This document shows positions 1 through 8,187 of a stretch of DNA of 64,000 bases, in pieces. Source of the DNA: a bacterium (GTDB taxonomy: Bacteria > Bacteroidota > Bacteroidia > NS11-12g > UBA955). The notes beneath the pieces are model-generated. The model was not told where the DNA came from. It was given only the letters and a program-made list of their open reading frames with translations, and made no database searches. The stretch is from contig JAQSCZ010000120.1 in assembly GCA_029945665.1 (NCBI GenBank), positions 1,618 to 65,617 on the forward strand, written 5' to 3'. Made by a program: the position numbers and the translations under genes. The stretch's first letter is position 1; every line of letters begins with the position of its first letter.

Positions 1-1
1 A

Positions 2-181
2 GATATGCTCTATTTAGACAAAAAAACGATTGATGATATTGGACAGATTAGAGTCTTTAATGCTATCGGCACGCTAATGTATTCAGGTAATGAATTAAGT
101 ATTGATGTAAGTCGATTTCCATTAGGTATTTATTTCTTACATTGTAAAACGTCTATTTTCAAACTCGTAAAACTAGAATAA
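2..181 (+). CDS. 3' end of a T9SS type A sorting-domain protein (partial, runs off the left edge)
   Basis: Manual translation DMLYLDKKTIDDIGQIRVFNAIGTLMYSGNELSIDVSRFPLGIYFLHCKTSIFKLVKLE*; the ...IDVS..P.GIYF...KLVK tail is typical of a T9SS CTD. Confidence 0.8.
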   Translation, partial: DMLYLDKKTIDDIGQIRVFNAIGTLMYSGNELSIDVSRFPLGIYFLHCKTSIFKLVKLE

Positions 182-190
182 TAATTGATA

Positions 191-305
191 CTATTGCAAG
201 AAAAATGCAAGATTCTACTTTATCTTTTGCAAGAAATTTGTAGTGTAACAGTAAATTTGTATTTCCAAAAATCGCCACCTTCGCTAAGCGCTCAAGCCAT
301 TAAAG
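191..305 (+). repeat. attC-like cassette-boundary element A (left arm truncated, right core decayed to ATTAAAG)
   Basis: 191-291 matches 2368-2469 with 3 substitutions and 1 indel; lies immediately after the stop at 181. Confidence 0.8.
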
Positions 306-344
306 TGCATTTTATGAGACCATCAGGACAAACTGAAGCAGATT

Positions 345-1379
345 ATGAAAATTTTTCACGGTATAGCTAGAACAGCGTTTTGTATTTTATTTTCGACAAC
401 TTTTTTGAGTTGGAAAACGGAGAAGAAAGACAATGACTGGACAAATGATAAATTAAAAGGAGAAGTTAAATCTATTACAGAAAGGTATGTACTATCTATT
501 TCGCCATTCGACATATTCGAAAAACCTAAAGATTCTGCTCAGAAAAGTCAAATGAAGAAGGAAATGTTCTATGATCAAAAGGGCAACAAAATAGAATGGA
601 ATAGTATCAATAAAGATGGAAGCTTAGACTTTAAACGGAGATATAAATTTGATAAACAAGGAAATCTAATTGAACAGGGTAGTTATAATTTGGATGGGAG
701 TATCAAATATTTGTCTGTCTATACCTACAATGACAAAGGACAAAATATCGAAGAAGGGAAGTCATACCATTCAGCAGAAATTATAGAATCTAGAGGAACA
801 TTTAAATATGATGACAATGGCAATTTAATTGAATGGATTACATACAAATCTGATGAAGGTTTAATGAGTAAACTAACCTATAAATATGATGAAAGCGGAA
901 ATAAAATTGAATATATATATTTTAATTCTCGTGGAAATATAAAATTCAGATACACCTATAAATATGACAAAAGCCATAATTTAATTAGATGGGATAGTTA
1001 TGATTCTGTTAAACATTCGCTTGGAAAGGCAAGCTATAAGTATGATGATAAAGGAAACCAGATTGAATCAAAAAGATACAAATCAGATGGAAGTTTAGAA
1101 AATAAGGAAACCTCAAAATTTGATGACAAAGGAAATAAAATTAAATTTATCAGATACAATTCTGAGGGCAGTATAAATTATAATTGGGCATATAAGTATG
1201 ATGAATCAGGAAATATCATAGAATGGACTATCTATAATACTAAAAAAGATTCCAAGGCCAGATATTTAAAGTATAGTTATCAATATGATTATGATAAAAC
1301 AGGTAATTGGATTAAGAAAACTGAGTTTAAAAATGATGAGCTTATATTCATAATCGAACGTGACATTGTATATTTTTAA
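345..1379 (+). CDS. Exported YD-like repeat protein
   Basis: About 10 repeats of Y(K/T)YD(D/E)xGNxIE with roughly 24-aa period; N-terminal signal-like segment; C-terminal YDKTGNWIKK...ERDIVYF. Confidence 0.8.
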   Translation: MKIFHGIARTAFCILFSTTFLSWKTEKKDNDWTNDKLKGEVKSITERYVLSISPFDIFEKPKDSAQKSQMKKEMFYDQKGNKIEWNSINKDGSLDFKRRYKFDKQGNLIEQGSYNLDGSIKYLSVYTYNDKGQNIEEGKSYHSAEIIESRGTFKYDDNGNLIEWITYKSDEGLMSKLTYKYDESGNKIEYIYFNSRGNIKFRYTYKYDKSHNLIRWDSYDSVKHSLGKASYKYDDKGNQIESKRYKSDGSLENKETSKFDDKGNKIKFIRYNSEGSINYNWAYKYDESGNIIEWTIYNTKKDSKARYLKYSYQYDYDKTGNWIKKTEFKNDELIFIIERDIVYF

Positions 1380-1424
1380 TAGAAATTACATAGCATCTAA
1401 AAATAAAAAATAGATTAGAATGCC

Positions 1425-1555
1425 CAATAACAAAGTGCACTTGCGCAATGCTTGTTTTGTGGTTTGGAAAGTTCTGCTTCCCAACTACATTCGAATTTGA
1501 TGAAATGTTTTGCGGCTTCAACCTCCGCACTGCGCAAGCCCTCAAAAGGTTATGC
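1425..1555 (+). repeat. attC-like cassette-boundary element B (best preserved)
   Basis: CAATAAC (1425-1431) ... GTTATGC (1549-1555); inner inverted arms CTTGCGCAATGC (1440-1451) / GCACTGCGCAAG (1527-1538). Confidence 0.75.
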
Positions 1556-1599
1556 GTCAGCTTAAAAAACCGACAACAGAAAGAGAATAAAAAACAAAT

Positions 1600-1631
1600 G
1601 TTTCCAAAATTAGAAACTTTGAGTATCTTTG
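1600..1631 (+). promoter_or_regulatory. higBA promoter (-7 element TATCTTTG) with adjacent palindromic putative operator
   Basis: TATCTTTG at 1624-1631 fits the Bacteroidota TAnnTTTG consensus; GTTTC-N8-GAAAC at 1600-1617. Confidence 0.6.
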
Positions 1632-1657
1632 TGATGTTTAACAAATGACAGCAGTAA

Positions 1658-1999
1658 ATGAGATATTTTGAGACAAGGTTTATGGAAGAAGCAAACGAGT
1701 TTATTGCAGAACTTGACCAAAAGACTATCAAAAAAATATTTTATAACATTGATCTTGCAGAGCAGACGAATGACCCGAAATTATTCAAAAAATTACAAAA
1801 TGACATTTGGGAACTTCGGACTAAATTTGGTGGACTTCAAATTAGACTACTTGCGTTTTGGGACAAGACTGACAACAAACAAACTTTGGTAATTGCAACC
1901 CACGGTTTCATAAAGAAAGTAGACAAAGTTCCAGCAAACGAAATTGACCGAGCAGAAAGAATTAGAGATAAATATTTTCAGTACAAATTAAAAAATTAA
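1658..1999 (+). CDS. higB: Type II toxin, RelE/HigB (Gp49-like) family
   Basis: IWELRTKFGGLQIRLLAFW and ATHGFIKK..KVP..EI..A motifs; toxin precedes an HTH antitoxin. Confidence 0.85.
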   Translation: MRYFETRFMEEANEFIAELDQKTIKKIFYNIDLAEQTNDPKLFKKLQNDIWELRTKFGGLQIRLLAFWDKTDNKQTLVIATHGFIKKVDKVPANEIDRAERIRDKYFQYKLKN

Positions 2000-2003
2000 A
2001 AAA

Positions 2004-2330
2004 ATGGCAACCAAAGAAATCAAAACTTATTCGCTTACCGAAATGAAGGACAAGTATATCGGCAAGCTTGGGACAACTGACCGTGACGAGTATGAATACG
2101 AACTTCGCATGGATGTGCTTGGAAAAATGATTAAATCTGCAAGATTGGAACGCCGCTTGACACAAGAAGAACTTGGCAAGCTCGTTGGCGTACAGAAAGC
2201 TCAAATTTCTAAACTTGAAAGTAGTGCCAACAGCGCGACGATTGACACAGTTTTAAGGGTATTCAAAGCATTAAAAGCAGAGATTAATTTTAACGTTAAA
2301 CTCGAAGACAATTTTGTTAAACTTGCTTGA
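2004..2330 (+). CDS. higA: HigA-type XRE helix-turn-helix antitoxin
   Basis: IKSARLERRLTQEELGKLVGVQKAQISKLE HTH; starts 4 nt after the toxin stop. Confidence 0.85.
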   Translation: MATKEIKTYSLTEMKDKYIGKLGTTDRDEYEYELRMDVLGKMIKSARLERRLTQEELGKLVGVQKAQISKLESSANSATIDTVLRVFKALKAEINFNVKLEDNFVKLA

Positions 2331-2348
2331 CAGAAAAGAAAGCCGAAC

Positions 2349-2483
2349 CCATAACAGCCGTTTTGCGCTATTGCGAGAAAAAATGCAAAATTCTACTTTA
2401 TCTTTCGCAAGAAATTTGTAGTGTAACAGTAAATTTGTATTTCCAAAAATCGCCACCTTCGCTAAGCGCCCAAACCGTCAGCA
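2349..2483 (+). repeat. attC-like cassette-boundary element C
   Basis: CCATAAC (2349-2355) ... GTCAGCA (2477-2483, one change from GTTAGCA); imperfect inverted arms; near-identical to element A. Confidence 0.8.
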
Positions 2484-2561
2484 TTGATACTTAAAAAAAT
2501 CTCGGAATTTGGATGTTTGAGAAATATGTAATAACTTTATAGTCACAATTCAGACAAGAAT

Positions 2562-2806
2562 ATGGAAAATCCATCATCAAAATCGGAAATTCTAATGGAC
2601 TTAGATTAAGCAAGTCAATTCTCGAGAAATATAGTATCAATGAAAGAGTTGAAATTATTCTAGAAAAAGGAAAAATTATACTTAAACCAATCGAAATCCC
2701 GAGAAAGAATTGGGAAGCAGCCTTCCAAAAAATGCATTCGGAAAACGATGATCATTTGTTAGTAAACGATGTGTTTGACAATGAAACTTTTGTTGAGTGG
2801 AAATAA
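2562..2806 (+). pseudogene. mazE: MazE/AbrB-family antitoxin, frameshifted after codon 2
   Basis: ATG GAA AA, then in another frame SIIKIGNSNGLRLSKSILEKYSINERVEIILEKGKIILKPI..PRKNWEAAFQKMH...EWK*; IGNS.G.R is the AbrB-type motif. Confidence 0.85.
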
Positions 2807-3120
2807 TTTAGTATTCGATAGTTTTGGTCGACCTTGACCCGACTTTAGGCAGCGAAATAAAGAAGACAAGACCGTGTGTCATTGTTTAACCTGACGAGAT
2901 GAATAAGTATCTTAATACTATTGTCTTAGCTCCAATGACGACAAACATGAAAAAGTATCCTACCAGAGTAGCGGTTGAACATGATGGAAAAAAAGGAATG
3001 ATTGTTATCGACCAAATCCGAACAGTCGAGAAAATACAAATTCTAAAAGTATTAGGTAAACTAACAAAGTCCGAAATCAAGGCCTGTAAGGCCGTTCTTA
3101 AGGAAACATTTGTAGACTGA
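2797..3120 (+). pseudogene. mazF: MazF/PemK toxin with two in-frame stops
   Basis: GTG at 2797: MEII*YSIVLVDLDPTLGSEIKKTRPCVIV*PDEMNKYLNTIVLAPMT...DQIRTVEK; TAG 2809-2811 and TAA 2887-2889. Confidence 0.88.
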
Positions 3121-3130
3121 ACAAACCACT

Positions 3131-3263
3131 AATGCTATCAAAGGTTATAAAAAATGGCGGGTGAAGTACATGATTGAAAGCTTGTAACTCTCATCAGCAT
3201 TGGTGTTGGTTAACAAAAGACACCCTTGCAATCTGCCACAATTTATTCTCTCAACCTTTAGCA
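3131..3263 (+). repeat. attC-like cassette-boundary element D (degenerate)
   Basis: AATGCTATC (3131-3139) ... TTTAGCA (3257-3263); inner arms TGGCGGGT (3155-3162) / ATCTGCCA (3231-3238); begins 10 nt after the mazF stop. Confidence 0.6.
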
Positions 3264-3406
3264 ATTAAAAGTCGATTCATCCCCAAGAACAATGAGCATT
3301 AGCAAATCAAATCTTTTTTTCTCCAAAAAATGTTAAAAGGTAATTTTATAGTCATTTTTATTATATACTTCATTTGTTTTAAAAAAATAAGCCTAAGTTT
3401 GATAGT

Positions 3407-3817
3407 ATGAGACAATTAATTTATATTTTAGTGCTAGGACTATTACTGAGTAGTTGTAAAAAGTCCACTCCTTCACCCATTTCGGTGAATGATGGCACCT
3501 ATGTGGGGGAAGTTACAATGCTACCTTCAACCAACTATATTATGCTAGCTACTTTTGAAGTTAAGGCCATTTCTTATACAAAAATGAAACTATTATTTAG
3601 AAATGGTAATATTGTAGCTGAGGCAGATTTAAATGGTTCAAATTTTACGATCATCCCCACCAACTTCAAAATCAATGATGGTCAAACGGAATACCAAGGT
3701 ATAATTACAGGTGAAGGTTCATTTGGGAAAAACACAATAACTTTAAGATGGCATGAGGAGAGCTTAAGCGTTAAAAATTCTTACAGCGAATACAGCGGCA
3801 CTTTAACTAAATTTTAA
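3407..3817 (+). CDS. Hypothetical lipoprotein
   Basis: Lipobox LLLSS-C; TAAGTTTG promoter element at 3394-3401. Confidence 0.75.
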   Translation: MRQLIYILVLGLLLSSCKKSTPSPISVNDGTYVGEVTMLPSTNYIMLATFEVKAISYTKMKLLFRNGNIVAEADLNGSNFTIIPTNFKINDGQTEYQGIITGEGSFGKNTITLRWHEESLSVKNSYSEYSGTLTKF

Positions 3818-3830
3818 ACAGTTAGAGCAT

Positions 3831-4049
3831 TTAAAGTATCTCATCACCTTCATTCGAAAGCAACTCATTTTCCTTAGCTTCCATTTCAAGCTTTCTTTTT
3901 TTGATGAATTGAATCAAATAATCGACCCCTAGCATTATGGCAAAAATAGCCATAGCAATACCATAGAGTATTGAAACATCGCTGCTTCCTGGCGTACCTG
4001 CATAAAGAGAACTGGCACTTAACAAAAAGAATCCGAGTATTTTTTTCAT
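3831..4049 (-). CDS. Small membrane protein
   Basis: 72 aa: signal peptide, one TM helix, charged tail. Confidence 0.6.
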   Translation of the reverse strand: MKKILGFFLLSASSLYAGTPGSSDVSILYGIAMAIFAIMLGVDYLIQFIKKRKLEMEAKENELLSNEGDEIL

Positions 4050-4097
4050 GACACGTGAGTCATTTTAATCAAAGATAAAAAATAAAATACCGAAATC

Positions 4098-4943
4098 CTA
4101 TTTCTTATTCGAGAAACTATGAAGCGTTTCTTTCTCTTTAGCAGTCAAACTTTCAATACCCTTTTTATTTATCTTATCTAATAGTTTATCTACTTCCCAT
4201 TCATTTTCGCGTTTCTTGGCATTGTACTTATCCTCGATTGTATAGGCTTGCTTGTTTGTTTTAAAAGGATTATCAACCAACATCCAGTTGGGTTTATAAA
4301 TAATAATAAAGATAAAAATAAGAGCGGGTACTAGAATTAAAACAATGGGTAAGCTATTTGTATTTAAACATTCGGGCTGTATGGCAATGGCAATTAATAA
4401 ACCCACCAAACCACCCCCTAAATGTGCTTCATGCCCAATGGCATCTGTTTGCGACTTAATGCCATAGATAGTGTATAGAACATACAATAAACCATAGATC
4501 CAAGCAGGCATGTAATAGGGTAAACCGAAAAAGCCTATCTCTAAACCCGGGAAAACTGCAATACTAGCAAATACAATTCCACAGATAGCGCCAGAAGCAC
4601 CAACAGCACTGTAATTACCATGGTGGCGATGAATATAAAGTGCCAATAAATTGCCACCAATTAAACTGGCAAAGTAAAGGAGTAAAAAATTTATTTCACC
4701 GAGTCCGTTTTCCAACACTTCGCCAAAACACCACAGACTCAACATATTTAAAATAAGATGTGGCCAACTTACGTGAAGAAAACCCGCTGTAACTAATCTT
4801 TTATAATCGCGATTGATTAATATTGGATCGACTTCGAAAAGGTAGGCTTGGAAAAATGTAAAATTAGTGAACCCTTTATAAGATATAATCAGGTTGATTA
4901 AAATAAGGAATGTACTAATTAACCCTATGTTTTCTGTTATCAT
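4098..4943 (-). CDS. Rhomboid-family intramembrane serine protease
   Basis: FLH...HLILNM, VGASGA, AHLGG motifs; C-terminal VDKLLDKINKKGIESLT tail. Confidence 0.92.
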   Translation of the reverse strand: MITENIGLISTFLILINLIISYKGFTNFTFFQAYLFEVDPILINRDYKRLVTAGFLHVSWPHLILNMLSLWCFGEVLENGLGEINFLLLYFASLIGGNLLALYIHRHHGNYSAVGASGAICGIVFASIAVFPGLEIGFFGLPYYMPAWIYGLLYVLYTIYGIKSQTDAIGHEAHLGGGLVGLLIAIAIQPECLNTNSLPIVLILVPALIFIFIIIYKPNWMLVDNPFKTNKQAYTIEDKYNAKKRENEWEVDKLLDKINKKGIESLTAKEKETLHSFSNKK

Positions 4944-5076
4944 AATTTAATTTTACTTGTATGAAGTAGGGAAACAAACATAAAATATTTATTTTACAAA
5001 ATACATTCGATTTAAAAAATAGACTTCTACAAACCAATACCATCCTCACAATACTTATGCACCTACTTATTCATTT

Positions 5077-7374
5077 TTGCAAAAAAATACCTTTATTCGC
5101 ATGACCATTATGTCCACTACAAAACAACAGCAAGATGCTTTAGATTACCATAGCATGGGCCGTCCCGGCAAGATTGAAGTGATTCCTACAAAACCTACGC
5201 AAACCAAACGCGATTTAAGTTTAGCCTATTCACCTGGCGTTGCCGAGCCTTGCCTTAGAATTGCCGAGAACCCTGAAGACATTTATAAATATACCGCCAA
5301 AGGCAATTTAGTTGCTGTAATTAGTAACGGTACGGCCGTATTGGGTCTTGGCGATATTGGCCCAGAAGCATCCAAACCTGTGATGGAGGGCAAAGGGGTA
5401 CTTTTCAAAATATTTGCCGACATCGATGTTTTTGACATTGAATTAAACACCAAAGATGTGGAAGGTTTTATTGCTTGTGTGAAAGCCCTTGAACCCACAT
5501 TTGGCGGCATCAATTTAGAAGACATCAAAGCACCAGAGTGTTTTGAAATTGAAACACGCTTGAGAGAGGAGTTAAAAATACCCATTATGCACGATGATCA
5601 ACACGGCACAGCCATAATAAGTGGTGCGGCCATGTTGAATGCACTTGAACTCGTAAACAAGCCTATAGATCAAATAAAAATGGTTGTAAATGGGGCTGGC
5701 GCCAGTGCCATGAGTTGCAGTAAATTATTTATTGCATTGGGTGTTAAAAAAGAAAATCTATTAATGCTTGATAGCAAAGGCACTTTAAATACACGAAGAA
5801 CTGATTTAGATAAATACAAGACTTATTTCGCTGTAGAAACCAACATTGACACCCTTGAGGATGCCATGGTAGGTGCCGATGTTTTTGTTGGTTTATCGAA
5901 AGCGAATATTTTGAATCAAGCCATGATCAAAAGCATGGCGAAAGATCCCATTGTATTTGCAATGGCCAATCCAGATCCTGAAATTGCCTACGAATTAGCA
6001 ATTGCTGCGCGCGAGGATATTATATTTGCTACTGGTAGAAGTGATTATCCAAACCAAGTTAACAATGTATTGGGATTCCCATTTATTTTCAGAGGAGCTT
6101 TGGATGTGCGCGCCACAACGATTAATGAGGAAATGAAATTGGCTGCTGTAAGAGCCATTGCTAGTTTAGCAAAAGAGCCAGTACCCGATTCAGTGATGAA
6201 AGCATACAACGAATCGAATGTTGAGTTTAGCAGAACTTATATTATACCAAAACCAATTGATCCACGTTTAATAGAAGCAGTAAGTCCGGCAGTAGCTAAA
6301 GCGGCCATGGACAGCGGTGTAGCAAAAAATCCAATTTTAGATTGGGACAAATACAAACTAGAATTAAGAAACCGACTAGGTCTTGATAATAGATTTATAA
6401 GACGAATAATGACGCAAGCCCGTCAAAATCCAAAACGTGTGGTATTTGCCGAGGCTGATAATGTAAAGATTTTAAAAGCTGCTCAGATAGCCAAAGAAGA
6501 AGGCATAGCCATTCCAATATTATTGGGTAACAAAGAAAAAATTACAGCCTTATTAGAAGAATATGCAATTGATTTAGGCAATGTTAGCATTATTGATCCA
6601 TTAATGGAGGATGCCAAACGTGAAGTGTATGGAGAAAAGTTTTTTGCTGGTCGCCAACGCAAAGGCATCAATGTTTATGAAGCGAGTAAATTGATGCGCG
6701 ATCGCAACTATTATGGATGCATGATGGTGAATGAAGGAGAAGGCGATGCTTTTATATCTGGACTTACCAAAAATTATCCTAAATCTTTGAAACCAGCCAT
6801 GCAAATTGTTGGTCGCGAGCAAGGCATTACAAAGATTGCAGGCATGTATATTATCATGACTAAAAAAGGACCCTACTTTTTTGCAGACACTACTGTGAAT
6901 ATTGACCCTACTGTTCAGGAGTTAATTGAGATTACAAAGATGACCCACGCAGAAGTAAAGAAACTTGGCGTTAAACCCGTAATAGCCATGTTGAGTTATA
7001 GCAATTTTGGCAGTGCCAAAGGCGAAGTACCAGTTAAAACAACCGAAGCAGTGGCCTACCTGCATAAGAACAATCCAGAGATTACAGTAGATGGTGATAT
7101 TCAAGCGAATTTTGCGATGAATAACGAAATGCTGAAGGAGAATTTTCCCTTTAGTACTTTAGTAGATAAAGAGGTGAATACTTTTATATTTCCAAACTTA
7201 GCAGCGGGCAATATTGCTTATAAATTCGCTCAGAGTTTTGGTGCTGCAGAGAGCATGGGCCCAGTACTATTAGGTTTCAATAAATCTGTACACTTTCTTC
7301 AACTAGGAAGCAGTGTAAGAGAGATAGTGAACATGGTAGCTGTGGCGGTTATTGATGCACATGGGAAGAAATAG
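5077..7374 (+). CDS. maeB: NADP-dependent malic enzyme with PTA-like C-terminal domain (true start probably 5101 or 5110)
   Basis: [44 protein letters not shown]; [12 protein letters not shown] in the PTA domain. Confidence 0.97.
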   Translation: MQKNTFIRMTIMSTTKQQQDALDYHSMGRPGKIEVIPTKPTQTKRDLSLAYSPGVAEPCLRIAENPEDIYKYTAKGNLVAVISNGTAVLGLGDIGPEASKPVMEGKGVLFKIFADIDVFDIELNTKDVEGFIACVKALEPTFGGINLEDIKAPECFEIETRLREELKIPIMHDDQHGTAIISGAAMLNALELVNKPIDQIKMVVNGAGASAMSCSKLFIALGVKKENLLMLDSKGTLNTRRTDLDKYKTYFAVETNIDTLEDAMVGADVFVGLSKANILNQAMIKSMAKDPIVFAMANPDPEIAYELAIAAREDIIFATGRSDYPNQVNNVLGFPFIFRGALDVRATTINEEMKLAAVRAIASLAKEPVPDSVMKAYNESNVEFSRTYIIPKPIDPRLIEAVSPAVAKAAMDSGVAKNPILDWDKYKLELRNRLGLDNRFIRRIMTQARQNPKRVVFAEADNVKILKAAQIAKEEGIAIPILLGNKEKITALLEEYAIDLGNVSIIDPLMEDAKREVYGEKFFAGRQRKGINVYEASKLMRDRNYYGCMMVNEGEGDAFISGLTKNYPKSLKPAMQIVGREQGITKIAGMYIIMTKKGPYFFADTTVNIDPTVQELIEITKMTHAEVKKLGVKPVIAMLSYSNFGSAKGEVPVKTTEAVAYLHKNNPEITVDGDIQANFAMNNEMLKENFPFSTLVDKEVNTFIFPNLAAGNIAYKFAQSFGAAESMGPVLLGFNKSVHFLQLGSSVREIVNMVAVAVIDAHGKK

Positions 7375-7382
7375 GCATGAAC

Positions 7383-7416
7383 AAAAAAAATGCGGTTTTT
7401 AAAGCCGCATTTTTTT
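7383..7416 (+). terminator. Intrinsic terminator after maeB
   Basis: AAAAAAAATGCGG-tttttaaag-CCGCATTTTTTT hairpin with U tract. Confidence 0.8.
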
Positions 7417-7464
7417 AAATAATTAATATGAGTTCGGGTTAATTATATCAATTAATCCTGATGC

Positions 7465-8040
7465 ATCAAATATTTTAATCTTATCAATTTTCTTCTCCTT
7501 TAGCTTCACTGCGACTTCTTGGTTTGTTTGGGCATAAAGGAGACAAACCTAGCCAAAGGCGCTCTCATAAGCTTGCGAATAATAGTCTACTATGCATAGG
7601 AAATTTCAATTCATCTTCTCGCACAGGTAGGCCCTTCAACCCTGACTATGCATTCTTGGATTCAGACGCCGGTTTCGGTTCCTTAATATATTTTAACTTT
7701 ACTGACGTAATTCGGTTTAAGTATATCATTTAAATATAGTATATCAAATATTTTAATCACATTTATTTTCTTCTCCTTTTTGTTTGGGCAAAAAGGAGAC
7801 AAAAAGCCCACCACGCATATAAAATTTCAATTGGTCTTCACGCGCAGGCTCACCCTTCATCCCTGACCAAAATGAAATTTTTACGCATGCGTGGACCCAA
7901 CGCGCAGATCCTGCCTTCGATAAAAGTTGTACAATTTTAATAGGTAGTGGTTTTGGTTAAGGCTATTTTTATTTGCATAAATCTTCATCCCTGAGCAATT
8001 GAAATTTTTACGGATGCGCAGACCCAGACCGCGCATCCGT
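7465..8040. repeat. Three degenerate copies of a structured intergenic repeat
   Basis: Shared blocks ATCAAATATTTTAATC, TTTTCTTCTCCTT, TTTGTTTGGGCAnAAAGGAGACAAA, AAATTTCAATT, CTTCAnCCCTGA at about 7465-7646, 7743-7911 and 7983-8040 (partial). Confidence 0.75.
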
Positions 8041-8187
8041 CCTTATATGCCATTTTTAATTGCAATTTATTTACTTCGATTATCTCCTTTTTTTCTAATT
8101 TACATGAGATTGGAGCAAAAGATCGTCAAAACTAGATTTAAATTGAATATATTTCCTGAACCTAACTCACTTAATAAATAACTCTCT

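Noticed and set aside
185-370. 61-aa ORF, and similar ORFs at 1348-1731, 1448-1648, 2271-2456 and 46153-46470
   Set aside because: They are translations across the attC-like repeats and show no protein-like features
345-1379. Rhs polymorphic toxin
   Set aside because: No RHS core (DPxG) motif and no toxin tip
2809-2889. Stop-codon reassignment to explain the mazF stops
   Set aside because: The two stops differ (TAG and TAA), and both codons terminate conserved genes elsewhere in the window
2899-3120. Functional 73-aa MazF
   Set aside because: It lacks the N-terminal catalytic region, which lies upstream behind two stop codons
191-3263. CRISPR array interpretation of the repeats
   Set aside because: The repeats exceed 100 nt, are separated by whole genes, and no cas genes are present
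7524-8181. ORFs 7524-7733 and 7999-8181
   Set aside because: They overlap the structured repeat and are probably spurious
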